In this document: in pieces, positions 26,710 to 44,152 of the stretch
How the letters are laid out: every line of letters begins with the position of its first letter
How positions within the stretch are numbered: position 1 is the first letter of the stretch
Assembly (NCBI RefSeq): GCF_009914755.1
Contig: NC_060940.1
DNA length: 64,000 nt
Source of the DNA: the human T2T-CHM13v2.0 reference genome, Homo sapiens
Reading direction: 5' to 3' (one strand)
Program-made: the position numbers and the translations under genes
Notes under the pieces: model-generated
Database searches by the model: none
Seen by the model: the letters and a program-made list of their open reading frames with translations, nothing else
What the model was told of the DNA's origin: nothing

Positions 26710-27545
26710 TTCGGTGGCAGATACTGTCATCGTCTACCCAACATCTATTCTCCCCCCACTTCCTTGCAAACTGACCCTCAATTTTGTTCAGAGTATCGAT
26801 GTACCCATCTATACATTTACAACTTTTACAACACATTTACAGTGTACCCAACTTACACATTTCCCAGTCTCCCTTTCAGATAGTGACCACGTGACACAGT
26901 TCTGGCCAATGAGATGCAAGTCAAAGCCACTGTGTGGGTTGGCCCCTTTCTTCTTCCTTCCTCCTCCTGCCTAGCATGCAGACATGATGCCTAGAGGGGA
27001 CAGCCATCTTCTGAGTATGAGAACAAATGCCACCTCTCAAGCTGGCTAACAGGGATGCCTATGTGCCTAATGGCATTGTGGGGCTGTGAGACTAGCCCTA
27101 GACTGCTGTATTAGTCCGTTTTCATGCTGCTGATAAAGACATACCTGAGACTGGGTAATTTATAAAGAAAAAGAGGTTTAATGGACTCATACTTCTACAT
27201 GGCTGGGGAGGAAGGCGAAAGGCACGTCTTACATGGTGGCAGACAAGTGAGAATGACGACCAAGCGAAAGGGGTCTCCTCTTATAAAACCATCAGATCTT
27301 GTGAGACTTATTCACTTCTAGGAGAACAGAATGGGGGAAATCACCTCCATGATTCAATTATCTCCCACCGGGTCCCTCCCACAACACGTGGGAATTATGG
27401 GAGCTACAATTCAAGATGAGATTTGGGTGGGGATACAGCCAAACCATATCAATTGCCTAACTCCAGACTTCTTGCATGAGAAAAATAAAACCTCTACACC
27501 ACTGGTGTTTGTTACTAGCAGCCAAACACAATCCTTCCCTGATAA
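26710..27545 (+). mobile_element. MLT1 (I/J-like) MaLR LTR split by THE1
   Basis: GTGGCAGATACTG...GTTCTGGCCAATGAGATG...AATAAA...CAGCCAAACAC motifs typical of old MLT1. Confidence 0.65.
27107..27451 (-). mobile_element. THE1 (THE1B/C-like) MaLR solo LTR
   Basis: Minus strand begins TGATATGGTTTGGCTGT; 5-bp TSD ACTGC/ATTGC. Confidence 0.9.
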
Positions 27546-27609
27546 ATAACCTAACCCACTTATTTCACAGAGAGGGGACGGAGGCCCAAGAAAGTCCCAT
27601 AAAGCTGGG

Positions 27610-27930
27610 CAGGTTATGTTGTGCCTTCTGGGTTACTTTAAACTGACAGAAGACCCAATACAAACAACCTCTTAAGCAAAGAAAAAAAAAAAAGAAAAAA
27701 GGAATTTATTAATTCAGATAATTGAAGTCAGGCATGTCTTCCTCCAGAGACTCCAGTTTTGTTTTCTTTCAGGTTCTGGTTTTTCTCTCTCCCCATCTCT
27801 TGGCTCTTCTTCCTCATAATTAGTCTGCCTCTGGCTCTTTCCTCTTTGTGGCTAGGTGGTGCCAGCAGCTCCAGCCTTACCTCACCCAGCACGAAGTCCT
27901 GCAGAAAGTGAAAACTCCTCTCTGGAGGAA
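27610..27930 (-). mobile_element. Old MLT1 (J/K-like) fragment
   Basis: cttaagcaaa...ggaatttatt...gccagcagctccag similarity. Confidence 0.45.
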
Positions 27931-28049
27931 AGTCACACTACTCAGGAGAAGCCTCACTTCCTGTGCACAGTAGGGGCCAAAACCAACTAGAATTTAGGAC
28001 TCTGCACTCTAAGTCAGTTCACTTTCTTTTTAAATTTCATTTTATTAGT

Positions 28050-28389
<340 letters not shown>

Positions 28390-29316
28390 TGAAAAATGTA
28401 TCCTAAATAGGTATGTGTAGCATCCATGAGAAATATCAGATATTTCCTTCAATCACATGGATGATCACATGTTCCTCTGGAAGCTTATCACCACTAAGGT
28501 ATGTGAGTACCATGGAGAAAATACCAAGTCTATTTAGAATAAATTAGAAATCACTGGGCACCATACCTTAAGATGGCCCCCAACAGTGAAGACCAAGTCT
28601 GATCTGAGGTTTACGGTGGACCTGCTCATGAGTACTAACACAGATTACATCTTCTCCTTTGCTCTGGAGGAAAGCCTGCTGGCGCAACTCTTTACAGGCT
28701 TTTTCTCTTATTGAACGTTTCTTTCTGAATTTCTCTTTTTTTTTTTCAAATTCTGTTTGCACTCAAAAAAAGTATTCGCTTAATAGCTCAGAAGCACAGA
28801 TGATCTACTGATTCCTCCTGATCAGGTCAGGCTGTCAGAGCTGAGTTCAGATTACCCTCAGCCTGTACTGTATCTAGTTTTTAAATATTTTGGTGCCTAG
28901 TCCAGGCCTTACAGAATAACCTTTAGGTCCATTATTACCCAAGTCTTCCATGAATGGAAGGTTTGCAAATTGATCCTCTTTATAGACATTAGCCATATGG
29001 CTGCTTTATTTTTTTTCTACAAGCTTGTTTTCTCTTTCCTCAGAATTGTTGGCCTGTAGGATTCTTGAACTTCTTCCACACTTCGTTATAAAAGTGAGCA
29101 TATAAAGGCTTAAATATTAGTGCTCAAGTATGTTTGGAGCGAAAACTGGGAATGCATGGTCATGCAGATTTGTTTCTTTTTGTTTCTTACCAGTTTACTC
29201 TTTCTCTGACTTTCAGCAAGTTATGTTCACTTAAATTTCCTACTGGCAAAGTGTAAGTCTAGGATCATTTCTGAGTAGAGTCTTTGCTGTTCCAGGTAAC
29301 AAATTATAAAGTCTTG

Positions 29317-30387
<1,071 letters not shown>

Positions 30388-30479
30388 TGAGGATTATATT
30401 TCAACCTAAGATTTGGAGGGAACAAACATTCAAACGATATCAGACTCCAACGATGAAGAACCTGTTGGTAGAAGTTTCA

Positions 30480-31230
30480 AACCTTTGACTCATCATCTCC
30501 TTTTTCAGACTTTTCTCTCTTCCATACTCTCAACATTTGAGCAGTACTGAGTTCTTCTGATTCTACTTCTATGTTTTACAAATACGATTCCTTCTTTACA
30601 TTTTGTTTCCTGCTCTACTCTTTCAGGCCTCATTGGCTCCTGGCTGGTTTCTCTTTCTAGGCTCTCAGCCGCCAGTTTATGCTAGCTCTGGTCAGGTCAT
30701 TTCTTCTTAAAAAATCTTCAATGGTCCTCAGTGCCTTCAGGATAAAGAACAAAATCCTTGGCATAATGTTTAAGATCTTTCACCTCTGCCCTTTTCTTAC
30801 CTTTCAAGTTTCTTACTTCTTCCTCCATTCTGTTCATCTCTGCACCCAATGTCAAATTCTTATTAAAATGTCAACAGATGGCTATTGTAACATTTGTTTC
30901 ATTCTGTCTGGGTGCTAAAGCTGTGTGCTGGCAATCAATTATAAGCTATTTAAGGCAAGAATTGTGTTTTATTTATTTTTACTTTCTCTGATACTATATG
31001 ACCAAGTGTGTTCACAATATATCAGAGAGGGGACCAAGAAACTTTAATTCACTGTGATGATTGCTATGCCAGCAATTTGAACAAAATGCTATAGGAACAC
31101 AGAAGAGAGAATGATTAATATTGCTTGGAAAGGTTTGGGATGAATTCACAGAGGAAGTAATATCTGAGCTGGACTTTGAAAATAAAGTAAGATTTTTGCA
31201 GGTGGAGAAACTGAACGAATAAATAAATAT
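30480..31230. mobile_element. L2 fragments (both orientations)
   Basis: cttcaatggtcctcagtgccttcaggataaa (+) and gaggaagtaatatctgagctgg (-) L2-like motifs. Confidence 0.5.
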
Positions 31231-31661
31231 TCTCTGTAAGTTCATATTTTGTAATTAGATTCTAACACCTGCAGGCAGATCAATCCCTTGTATGTCTCTT
31301 CCCATGTTTGGGGCAGTCCACATTTCCTTATGCAGCTAAAACAAATGCTTCTCAGGTGAAACATGTTATTTCTAAAATCAGTCTAGTTTATCCAGTAACT
31401 TCAGCTCAGCCCTTTAATTCTGGTGCTTAGTTGTGGATGATCAATTCAATTATTTTATCATTGCATCCTTAACTTAAGTGTTGAACCATAATCCTCCACA
31501 AAGCTGAAAAAAAGACACTCAATGTTTCTTTGACCATCCACTGACAAAGTCCAGTGAAGCCCAGGTATTTCATGGACTCTTTGCATCAACAAGTAATACC
31601 TGTGATGCATCACACTGTAAACATTTGTATGTCAGGACTTTTTCCTGCAACTGTTTAGCCT

Positions 31662-35982
<4,321 letters not shown>

Positions 35983-36324
35983 AGAGAATATATCTCTGTA
36001 AGAAGACAGGTGCAGGGGGTGGGAGTGGACACTGATTTTTCAAATACCTATTTAGATATAATCCGTGCTTAATGCAGGACCTAATGAGGTAAGTGAGGCC
36101 TGAGCCCACAGAATCCCTCTCAGGGAATTCGCAGTTTAGGTCAAGCCACACTTTGGTGGGCCTCTCTTCACTTTGCTCTTACCTAATCAGGGGAAATCTG
36201 ATTAACATATACAACAAAGCCTCAACGGGGAATAAAAAGGTCACAAAAGGGCAGAGAAGGATTCACAGAAAAAGGAAGAGGCCTTGCCAGTTCTTGACTA
36301 GTTAATTAGGGTCAGAACCGTACT

Positions 36325-36334
36325 GGGGATTTCC
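36325..36334 (+). promoter_or_regulatory. NF-kB site GGGGATTTCC
   Basis: Matches GGGRNWYYCC in unique sequence about 1.8 kb upstream of exon 1. Confidence 0.5.
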
Positions 36335-36604
36335 TATACCCTAAGTTTGTTAAGTGATTACATCGGTCTGGGGAAAAGGGATCTGCTCAGAGTGATTCAG
36401 TCAACTTTCTTAGTATCGGGTGGTGAATCGCATTTCCTCTCTGCTACCCTGTATACTGACTAATGGGTGGCGTATGGGGGGTCTCCAAGAGGTGTGTTTA
36501 CTCCAATTCAGAAGCTATAGGATTTCAGTAGGCCTTGGCCTGTTGGGCAATGTGAGGTTTCAATCTTTCTCTCTCAAATGAGTGGGGCTCTTATCAGTTA
36601 TGAA

Positions 36605-36614
36605 GGGACTTCCC
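36605..36614 (+). promoter_or_regulatory. NF-kB site GGGACTTCCC
   Basis: Matches GGGRNWYYCC about 1.6 kb upstream of exon 1. Confidence 0.5.
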
Positions 36615-36982
36615 TTGGGACTTGTCACGACACCATACAGCAGAGATGGCAATTTGAGGGCAGTTTCTTGTTCTGCTTTGCCATCTTGGGGTGGCTCTGA
36701 AAAGCTTTCTGAACCTCCGACAAAAGAAAAATGTTCACAGGATTGATTACTACACACAATTCAGTGAAGACAACTGGGCAACCTGAATCAAATGTTGAGA
36801 TGAAAGATAGGTGAGCTCTGATGACACACGTTTAAATTCTAGGTCTACAGGTAAAACTTTGTAAAGGGCCTTGCCTCAGCGACATCTGTACTGGGCCCTC
36901 CTTTGCTGAGAGCTTCTTACCCCAACCCTAGCACTCCAAGTCCCGAGAACTGCTCAATTTCATGGGAAAAAGTCTCTATAAT

Positions 36983-37055
36983 TATATATATATGTATATA
37001 TGTGTGTATATATGTATGTATATATATGTGTGCATATATATACACATACACATAT
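36983..37055. repeat. Alternating purine-pyrimidine (TA/TG/CA) tract
   Basis: Direct reading, about 73 bp. Confidence 0.9.
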
Positions 37056-38011
37056 TACAACAGACTGATTTTCATGAGTTGTAACTATCCTTGTAGATAA
37101 AAAACGAAACCATTCGAATAGCTTAAAAACCATGCCCACGTGGCTACTGGCATCAATATTCCACACAAGATTAAAATTACTTCCCAAGATGCACACCCTG
37201 CACTCCAGGTAATATTTCAATAACTTGATTAAAAATTTCTCAGAAGTCTATTAGAATCAGAAAACGCTCTGCGGTGTGGGTGAGGATTTTAAATTTTTGC
37301 AACGGAAACTTTTGGCTCCACGAACAGAAAAGCAAGAGCAAAAACTCAGTTAAATGCGTTCTTCCTCCATCTTTGCCTAGTCCAAAAGGAAAAAAAAAGA
37401 AACAGAAAAAAGAAAAACTGTTTGGAAGAGTAGCGTTGAGGTTTGCTTTTTACCTGTTTTTCCTCTAGAACAGCCAGGTGGATTCACATGATCCAATTTT
37501 TTAATTGTCTTCTATGTCCCACTCCGAATAACCCGGATGCCCCAGCACAATCAGAGAGATCGTTTTTTTTAAAAAAAATTTCAGCCTCCAAAGGTAGGAG
37601 GGGAGTGTTAGGGGAGAAAGTACTTTAATTAAAAATCAATAACTCGAGGTTTTTGGGATACGGTTTGCCATTTCCTAATTAAGAAATGGGTTTGACAGTC
37701 CCTTTGTACACACTGCTATGCAAACCCCAAAGGGTTGGCGGCTGTCCGGGCGATGACACTCCGGTCCCCTGCGAGACCCCGGGCCAGCCAGGCCCCTCCG
37801 CCGCCGGCCTCTGGGGTCCGTCCCCGGCTCGCGCAGACCTCTCGCTTCTCTCGGCTCTGTCTCCTGCGCTCAGCTCTGCTCGGGGCCGGCCGCCTCAGGC
37901 TCGCCGCCACCAGGTCGTTGCAAATACCTTTTCCCTCCCCGGGGCCCCAGCGCGCGGCCACCTCCCAGCCTCCCCCCCTCCCACCCTGGCAGCGGGGCCC
38001 TTTCCCGGCTC

Positions 38012-38072
38012 AGGAACAGCAGCAGCCCGGGCCGCGCCGGCAGGAAGCGAGGCCCATGTTGCTGCTGTTCCC
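38012..38072 (-). ncRNA. MIR1538: MIR1538 precursor hairpin
   Basis: Minus strand reads GGGAACAGCAGCAACAUGGGCC-loop-GGCCCGGGCUGCUGCUGUUCCU with 20 of 22 stem positions paired; matches recalled hsa-mir-1538 (mature CGGCCCGGGCUGCUGCUGUUCCU). Confidence 0.88.
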
Positions 38073-38157
38073 TGGCGCGCCTCCCCGCCCTCCGGGGGCC
38101 GCCGCGGCTCTTCCGCGCTCCCGGGCACCCCCCTCCGCGCCTGCGCTGTGCCCCACG

Positions 38158-38174
38158 GGGGCGGGGCTCAGATT
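38158..38174 (+). promoter_or_regulatory. Sp1/KLF GC box (GGGGCGGGGC) abutting Inr-like TCAGATT
   Basis: Exact consensus matches. Confidence 0.6.
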
Positions 38175-38505
38175 CCTGTCAGCGGCGGCGGCGGTGGCGG
38201 CGACCGTCAGTTTTCGCTGAGGAGAAACACGAAACGGACCCTTTGGCTCTCCCCCTTCCCCTTCCCCGTCCTGAACCCCTCTCCTGGTCACCGAGAATCA
38301 GTCCCCGTGGAGTTCCCCCTCCACCTCGCCATCGTTTCCTCGGTCCTCGGCCCAGTGGAAGTCACTACCCTCGAGGAGGAGGCAGCGGCAGCCGCCCTCG
38401 CGTCGCCGCCCCCGGTTCGGTGCCCGCGGTCCCGGAGAGGAGGTGCCGCCGCCACCGCCGCTCCCCCCCTCCCGCTGCCCTCGGGCCGGGCTGGGTCGAG
38501 CTGCG
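38170..38505 (+). other. NFAT5: NFAT5 exon 1 5'UTR (TSS approximate)
   Basis: Inr-like TCAGATT 38168-38174 directly after a GC box; no ATG between 38170 and 38505; short CGG run at 38182-38202. Confidence 0.65.
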
Positions 38506-38578
38506 ATGCCCTCGGACTTCATCTCATTGCTCAGCGCGGACCTAGACCTGGAATCGCCCAAGTCCCTCTACTCGCGAG
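38506..38578 (+). CDS. NFAT5: NFAT5 (TonEBP) coding exon 1, [24 protein letters not shown] + 1 nt (phase 1)
   Basis: Translation matches the recalled N-terminus of the long NFAT5 isoforms; ATG at 38506 in a CpG island; ends at consensus donor GAG|GTGAGT (GT 38579-38580). Confidence 0.97.
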
Positions 38579-40235
38579 GTGAGTCAGGCTGTGGGGGGTG
38601 GGGCGTGGGGGCGGGGAGACAGGGAGACAGGGAGACAGGGCCAGGGGAGGCGAGGGGTCCCCGTCCCGCCGGGGGCGGCTGAGCCGCGACCCCCATGGCT
38701 TCTTTGGCCGGAGCGGGCAGAGGCCGAAGGGATCGGGGTGACGGTGGAGGGGGCGGGCGGAGCAGTGGCGGCCCCTCCCCCGCGGAGCCGCCGGCCGCTC
38801 GGGGCCCAGATTCCGTCGGCCCCCGGGGCTCTGCGGCACCGGTCGCTTCTAGCCGCTCTCAGCCCGTCCGGCCCCGCCAGGCTCCGCGAGCCGCCGGCCC
38901 CGGCCTCCCGGGCTCGGGGATGGCCCCAGACTGGGCCCCGCGCTGGGGCCACCGCGATCGGGGCGCCGCGTCTTCTCTTACCGGGACCCTCCTCCCCAGC
39001 AAAGTTGCCCCCAAGCGGGCGGCGTGGCCTGGAGCCGGTTCTGAGTGCAGGGTCACCATTTTCCTCCCTTTCCAGCTTGTTTTTGCGCCGTCGTTCCACC
39101 CCCTCTCCCTCCGGCCTAGTCCACTCCCTCCCCATGTTGGGACAGCCCCCCTCGACCAGGCGTTCTTCCTTTCCTCGTCATCTTCTTGCTGGAAAGGGCC
39201 CGATGGAAAGGGCCCGAATTTTCTTTTCTTTTTTTTTCTCTTCCCACCTCCGTGGCATTCTAATTACTTCTCCCTTCTCCTTTACAAAGATGGGGGTGCC
39301 CTCTCTGGATTGGTTTTATTCCTCTCCTCTCCCAGGAGGACCAGCCCAGGCACAGACGCTGTCCTTTGAGAATTTTCTCTGCTTTTCCGTTCAAGGGCTG
39401 GTTGCAGGGAGGGAGCTCAGGCAGAGACTTTTCATTTAAGAACTCTTTTGGCTAAGGCCTGCAGGGGATTCCCAGCATCTGAAATATTAGCACTGGAGCT
39501 GATCCCTACTCAGGTGAAATTCCTTTACTGGACACCACAAGAATGTGTCAGAACAGGTTCCCTGTGCAAGGGGCTTCAAAACCAAAATATTCCCACTGCG
39601 CTCTTTACGCTTTTTAAACCACCGGGAGGGGGCAAAAGACATAACTGGGTTGTTAACTATTCATTTCACCGTGTAAAAAAAAATGTAGGTGTTTCTTCTG
39701 CTTTTGGTTTGATGTATCCATCCATTTGCTTATTCCACCCCCTCCAAAAAAGGGACTTCACCTTCCTACTAGTGTATCTAAATTGTTTAAGTGAATCAGA
39801 GTGAGATGGTTTACTCTGAAAGGTGCTGGACTTTACAGACTGACCATTGATTTTGTACACAGAGTCCTACTTAGTAATTGTAGCCACTGTCTGTTGCTCC
39901 AATGACTTTAGTTGGCAGCCACCATCCTGTAGGATGTTTTTCGGGCAACATTACCTGAGGTACTTTAGAAATATTGTAGTTTTGAATGTCAAAAAAAAAA
40001 GAGACATATCAAGAGATGATTCTTAGAGCAGGGCTAATGTGTTAGAATTGAGTGCTAAAAATAGCCAAGACATTAACACCATTTGGGGAGTAATCATCAG
40101 ATAATTTTCCATGAAACATATACTTTATGAAAATCTAAGTTTAGCTTCGAGACCAATGTAGAGACAATTCAGCCTCTTTTGCGGGGAATATATTCACAAA
40201 TATGGGCTTTAGCGCTTAAAAATACACTGCAGTTG

Positions 40236-40665
<430 letters not shown>

Positions 40666-40704
40666 TCAGCATAAAAAGTACCTAATGCTTTTTGTGTTTT
40701 TCAG

Positions 40705-40758
40705 ATTCTCTGAAGTTACACCCATCACAGAATTTTCATAGAGCTGGACTATTGGAAG
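40705..40758 (+). CDS. NFAT5: NFAT5 exon 2, 54-nt in-frame cassette exon, (D)SLKLHPSQNFHRAGLLE(E)
   Basis: Branch-like CTAAT 40682-40686, T-rich tract, CAG acceptor, AAG|GTCAGC donor; phase 1-1; peptide matches the recalled 18-aa insert of the longest NFAT5 isoform. Confidence 0.93.
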
Positions 40759-41744
40759 GTCAGCAAAGTACCATTTTAAAGCATATTGTGTTAGTATGCA
40801 AAGGCTTTCTCTGAAATGGAGTTTAAATGGGAAAGTATGAAACTTTGCAAACTCACACAATGTAGTTTTCTCCTAAAGAGTCTGATCCTTCTTTTAGAGC
40901 AGCTGAATGTTTCAATGGGTTTTGTTGCTGCGTTTGATGTGCTTGTTGGCTGTTCTATCTGCTTTGAGAAACATTGAAAAAAAAATCATTTTAAATTATG
41001 TGTTGAGTGTTCTACTTTAGAATTCCAGACCTTCATTTTAGCTTTTTATACACAAAATAGAATGTGAAAAGGCCCAAACATTAACATGAATATAAAAGAG
41101 TGACACCAAACACATAATTAGTTTGAAAATTCAGAATTTAGAACATTTATATGCTGAGCATTTCAAAATATGTTAATTATTTATTGCAAAAGCATTGATG
41201 CCATTGTTATTGCATTATACTTAAGGGTAAGGAAAGCCAAGTAATAGCGATGATGATTGAGCTATGCTTAGAAGAAAGGGGTTTAGAAAGTTCTGGAAAT
41301 GTTAATAGAGTCTGTAGATTAGTTTAAACAGCTTACACTTACTTTAGAAAACTTTTGGCTTTGTGTGTGTGTGTGTTTTAACATTTTAAGACATAAAATA
41401 GTCTTGTGTTTTTGTAGATTTTGAAGTGATTTCACATATATCATCTTTAAATCTTTATAATTTTGGAATTGGACAGCAAAGGTACTAATTTCCCCATTGT
41501 AGAGAAGAGAAACTAAGGCTGAAATTAAGAAACCAAAAAAAAAAAAAAGTCCCACAGTAGAAGAAATAATACTTTCTGCGTTTCAGTTAGTGCTCTTTAT
41601 GCAAAGCGGCCACCGTGAAATACACATGTAACCAGTAACAAACATTTTATGGTCTACTTTAAAAAGGCCCTAAATATTTAAGTTTGACTTGAGAAGATTT
41701 TTGCCTCCCTTGGAGGTAGTCCGGGATAGTGGGGGGCAAGTGGG

Positions 41745-41930
41745 TTTTGTAGTTGAGCTTAAATTTGAATACCAACTTAGCTCCTTATTAGTTCTGTGAC
41801 TTCGGGCAAGTGATTTTACCTCTCTAAACTTTAATATTCTTCCTGTTAAAATGTAGCTGTCTCTTAAATTTAGTGAGCTAATGTGTATTAAATTGCCTAG
41901 CATAGCGTCTAGCTTAATAAATGTTAGTTT
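41745..41930 (+). mobile_element. MIR
   Basis: tgtgacttcgggcaagtgattttacctctct...taataaatgttag. Confidence 0.65.
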
Positions 41931-42989
41931 TTTCCTTTAGTATCAGCTAAATTTTTTTAACAGTATAATTTAGAGCATATAAAATGTTCTCAAATAAATA
42001 ATTGGTTAAATTTGTTTTGTACGTGTAAGAAGCCCATAGATATACATTAGTATGAAAATCAAATATTTTTAAAACTACAATTTGAAGTGAGAAATTTTTA
42101 GCAGTGTTTCTTAGTGAAGCAGATTTCTGGTTTTTATTCATATTCAATTTGTGACCATGTTGTAGAGACATATTTGTCTGTACAAACCCATCTCATTTCC
42201 TGGACAACAAACCATAGAGTGTCATAATCATAGAGATGATCAGGGAGGAGAAAGACATGAAGAAAAAAATGAGTGTTAATTATTTAAGCAAATATTTTTA
42301 GTGAGCTGATGGAAATACAGACAACCATTTAGCATGTTTATTTACATGTTTATGCCTAAATACTTTCGTTAATTTTTCATTTTAGTTAAGGGGATTCTCA
42401 TTTAAAGTAAGGCTACCCTTTTAGAAATTATATATAAAATATAACATGTATAAGTATCAATTCTGTCATGCCCTTTAAAATGTTTTGAGACAGGGTGTCT
42501 TAAAAAAGTTGTTTGCTTCTGTAATGAAGTGTCTAATCTGTGCCACCTCATTGCTATTTCTTTTTTATTATTGACATTTTAAAGAATACATAAAAGTAGA
42601 GAGAATAAAATAAGCCCCATATACCCATCACCACAGTTTAACCAGTATCTAATCTTGCTTCTTTTATCCCTTCTTCTCTCTCAAGCTGGATTATTTTAAA
42701 ACAAATATCAAACATCAGATCACTTCATACATAAGTATTTCTGTATTACAGTGACTTTCTTATATTAATTATTATTGATATAATTTAATTGTTAATATAA
42801 TTATTGTATTAATTTTTAATTACTCTGTATAGTTTATAAACTATTTCTTGGAATATTCTAGTTTATTTCAGCAAAGTCTCTTGTGACTCTCCTGCCCTCT
42901 TTTCAAGACAGAGTGCTGCAGGAGGCTACCGCTTCTAGTATATAGTATATCCTATAACCTATGTTGAAATTGTAGGCCATGCTGCTAGA

Positions 42990-43190
42990 TTGGAGTTCAT
43001 ATTGTTGCTCTGACATTTACTTGTATGGCCTTAGCCTAATAATTTAATCTTTTTTGCTTCAATTTTCTCATCTTTAAACGGGAGCAATAATAGTGCCTCA
43101 TCCTAGGTTTTTGTGAAGATTATTTGAGGCAAATTCGTGTAAAGCATTTAATTTAGCACATGCTAAGTGCTCAGTAAATGTTAGCTAAAG
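42990..43190 (+). mobile_element. MIR
   Basis: ttttctcatctttaaacggg...aagtgctcagtaaatgttagct. Confidence 0.65.
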
Positions 43191-43233
43191 TTAAAAAATT
43201 TTTAAAAACTAAATGCTAGCTGTAGAGTGTTTA

Positions 43234-43554
<321 letters not shown>

Positions 43555-43559
43555 TCAGC

Positions 43560-43720
43560 GAATTCTCCTGACTACCCTTTGAGATGGTTATTATTATCCT
43601 ACTTTAGAGATGAGCAATTGAAGGCATAACTCACCCAGAGTCACAAGCTAGTAAACTGTAGAACCAGAATTCCAACCCAGGTAGTCTCACTTTAGCCTAG
43701 CCTCTTGACTACTGTGCTGT
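43560..43720 (-). mobile_element. MIR
   Basis: attattatcctactttagagatgag...gaattccaacccagg. Confidence 0.6.
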
Positions 43721-43885
43721 ACTAACTCCCAATGGTATATACTATCAAGTTCTGTCTAGTAATATTTATGTATGCATGTTTTACATCAGTAGTCTAGATT
43801 TTCATCTATAAATAGTATTTAAAAACTTGGCCCAGAGTGAGGGGAATTTAAGTAATTGGTGTGATATAATTTAATTTTTTTATAG

Positions 43886-44152
<267 letters not shown>

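Larger units (their letters stand above)
37700..39120. promoter_or_regulatory. CpG island / TATA-less NFAT5 promoter
   Basis: Very high GC and CpG density versus depleted flanks; repeat-free; surrounds exon 1. Confidence 0.95.

Noticed and set aside
38445-38460. Perfect Kozak-like GCCGCCGCCACC in the 5'UTR
   Set aside because: Followed by GCC rather than a start codon; part of a GCC-rich tract
37686-38582. 298-aa ATG ORF and other long ORFs across the CpG island (37735-38220, 38579-39439, 38695-39369, 38584-39135 minus)
   Set aside because: Pro/Ala/Gly/Arg-rich shadow ORFs expected in very GC-rich DNA, with no recognisable domain. They start upstream of the likely TSS or run through intron 1. 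They matter only as potential uORFs if a far-upstream TSS is used.
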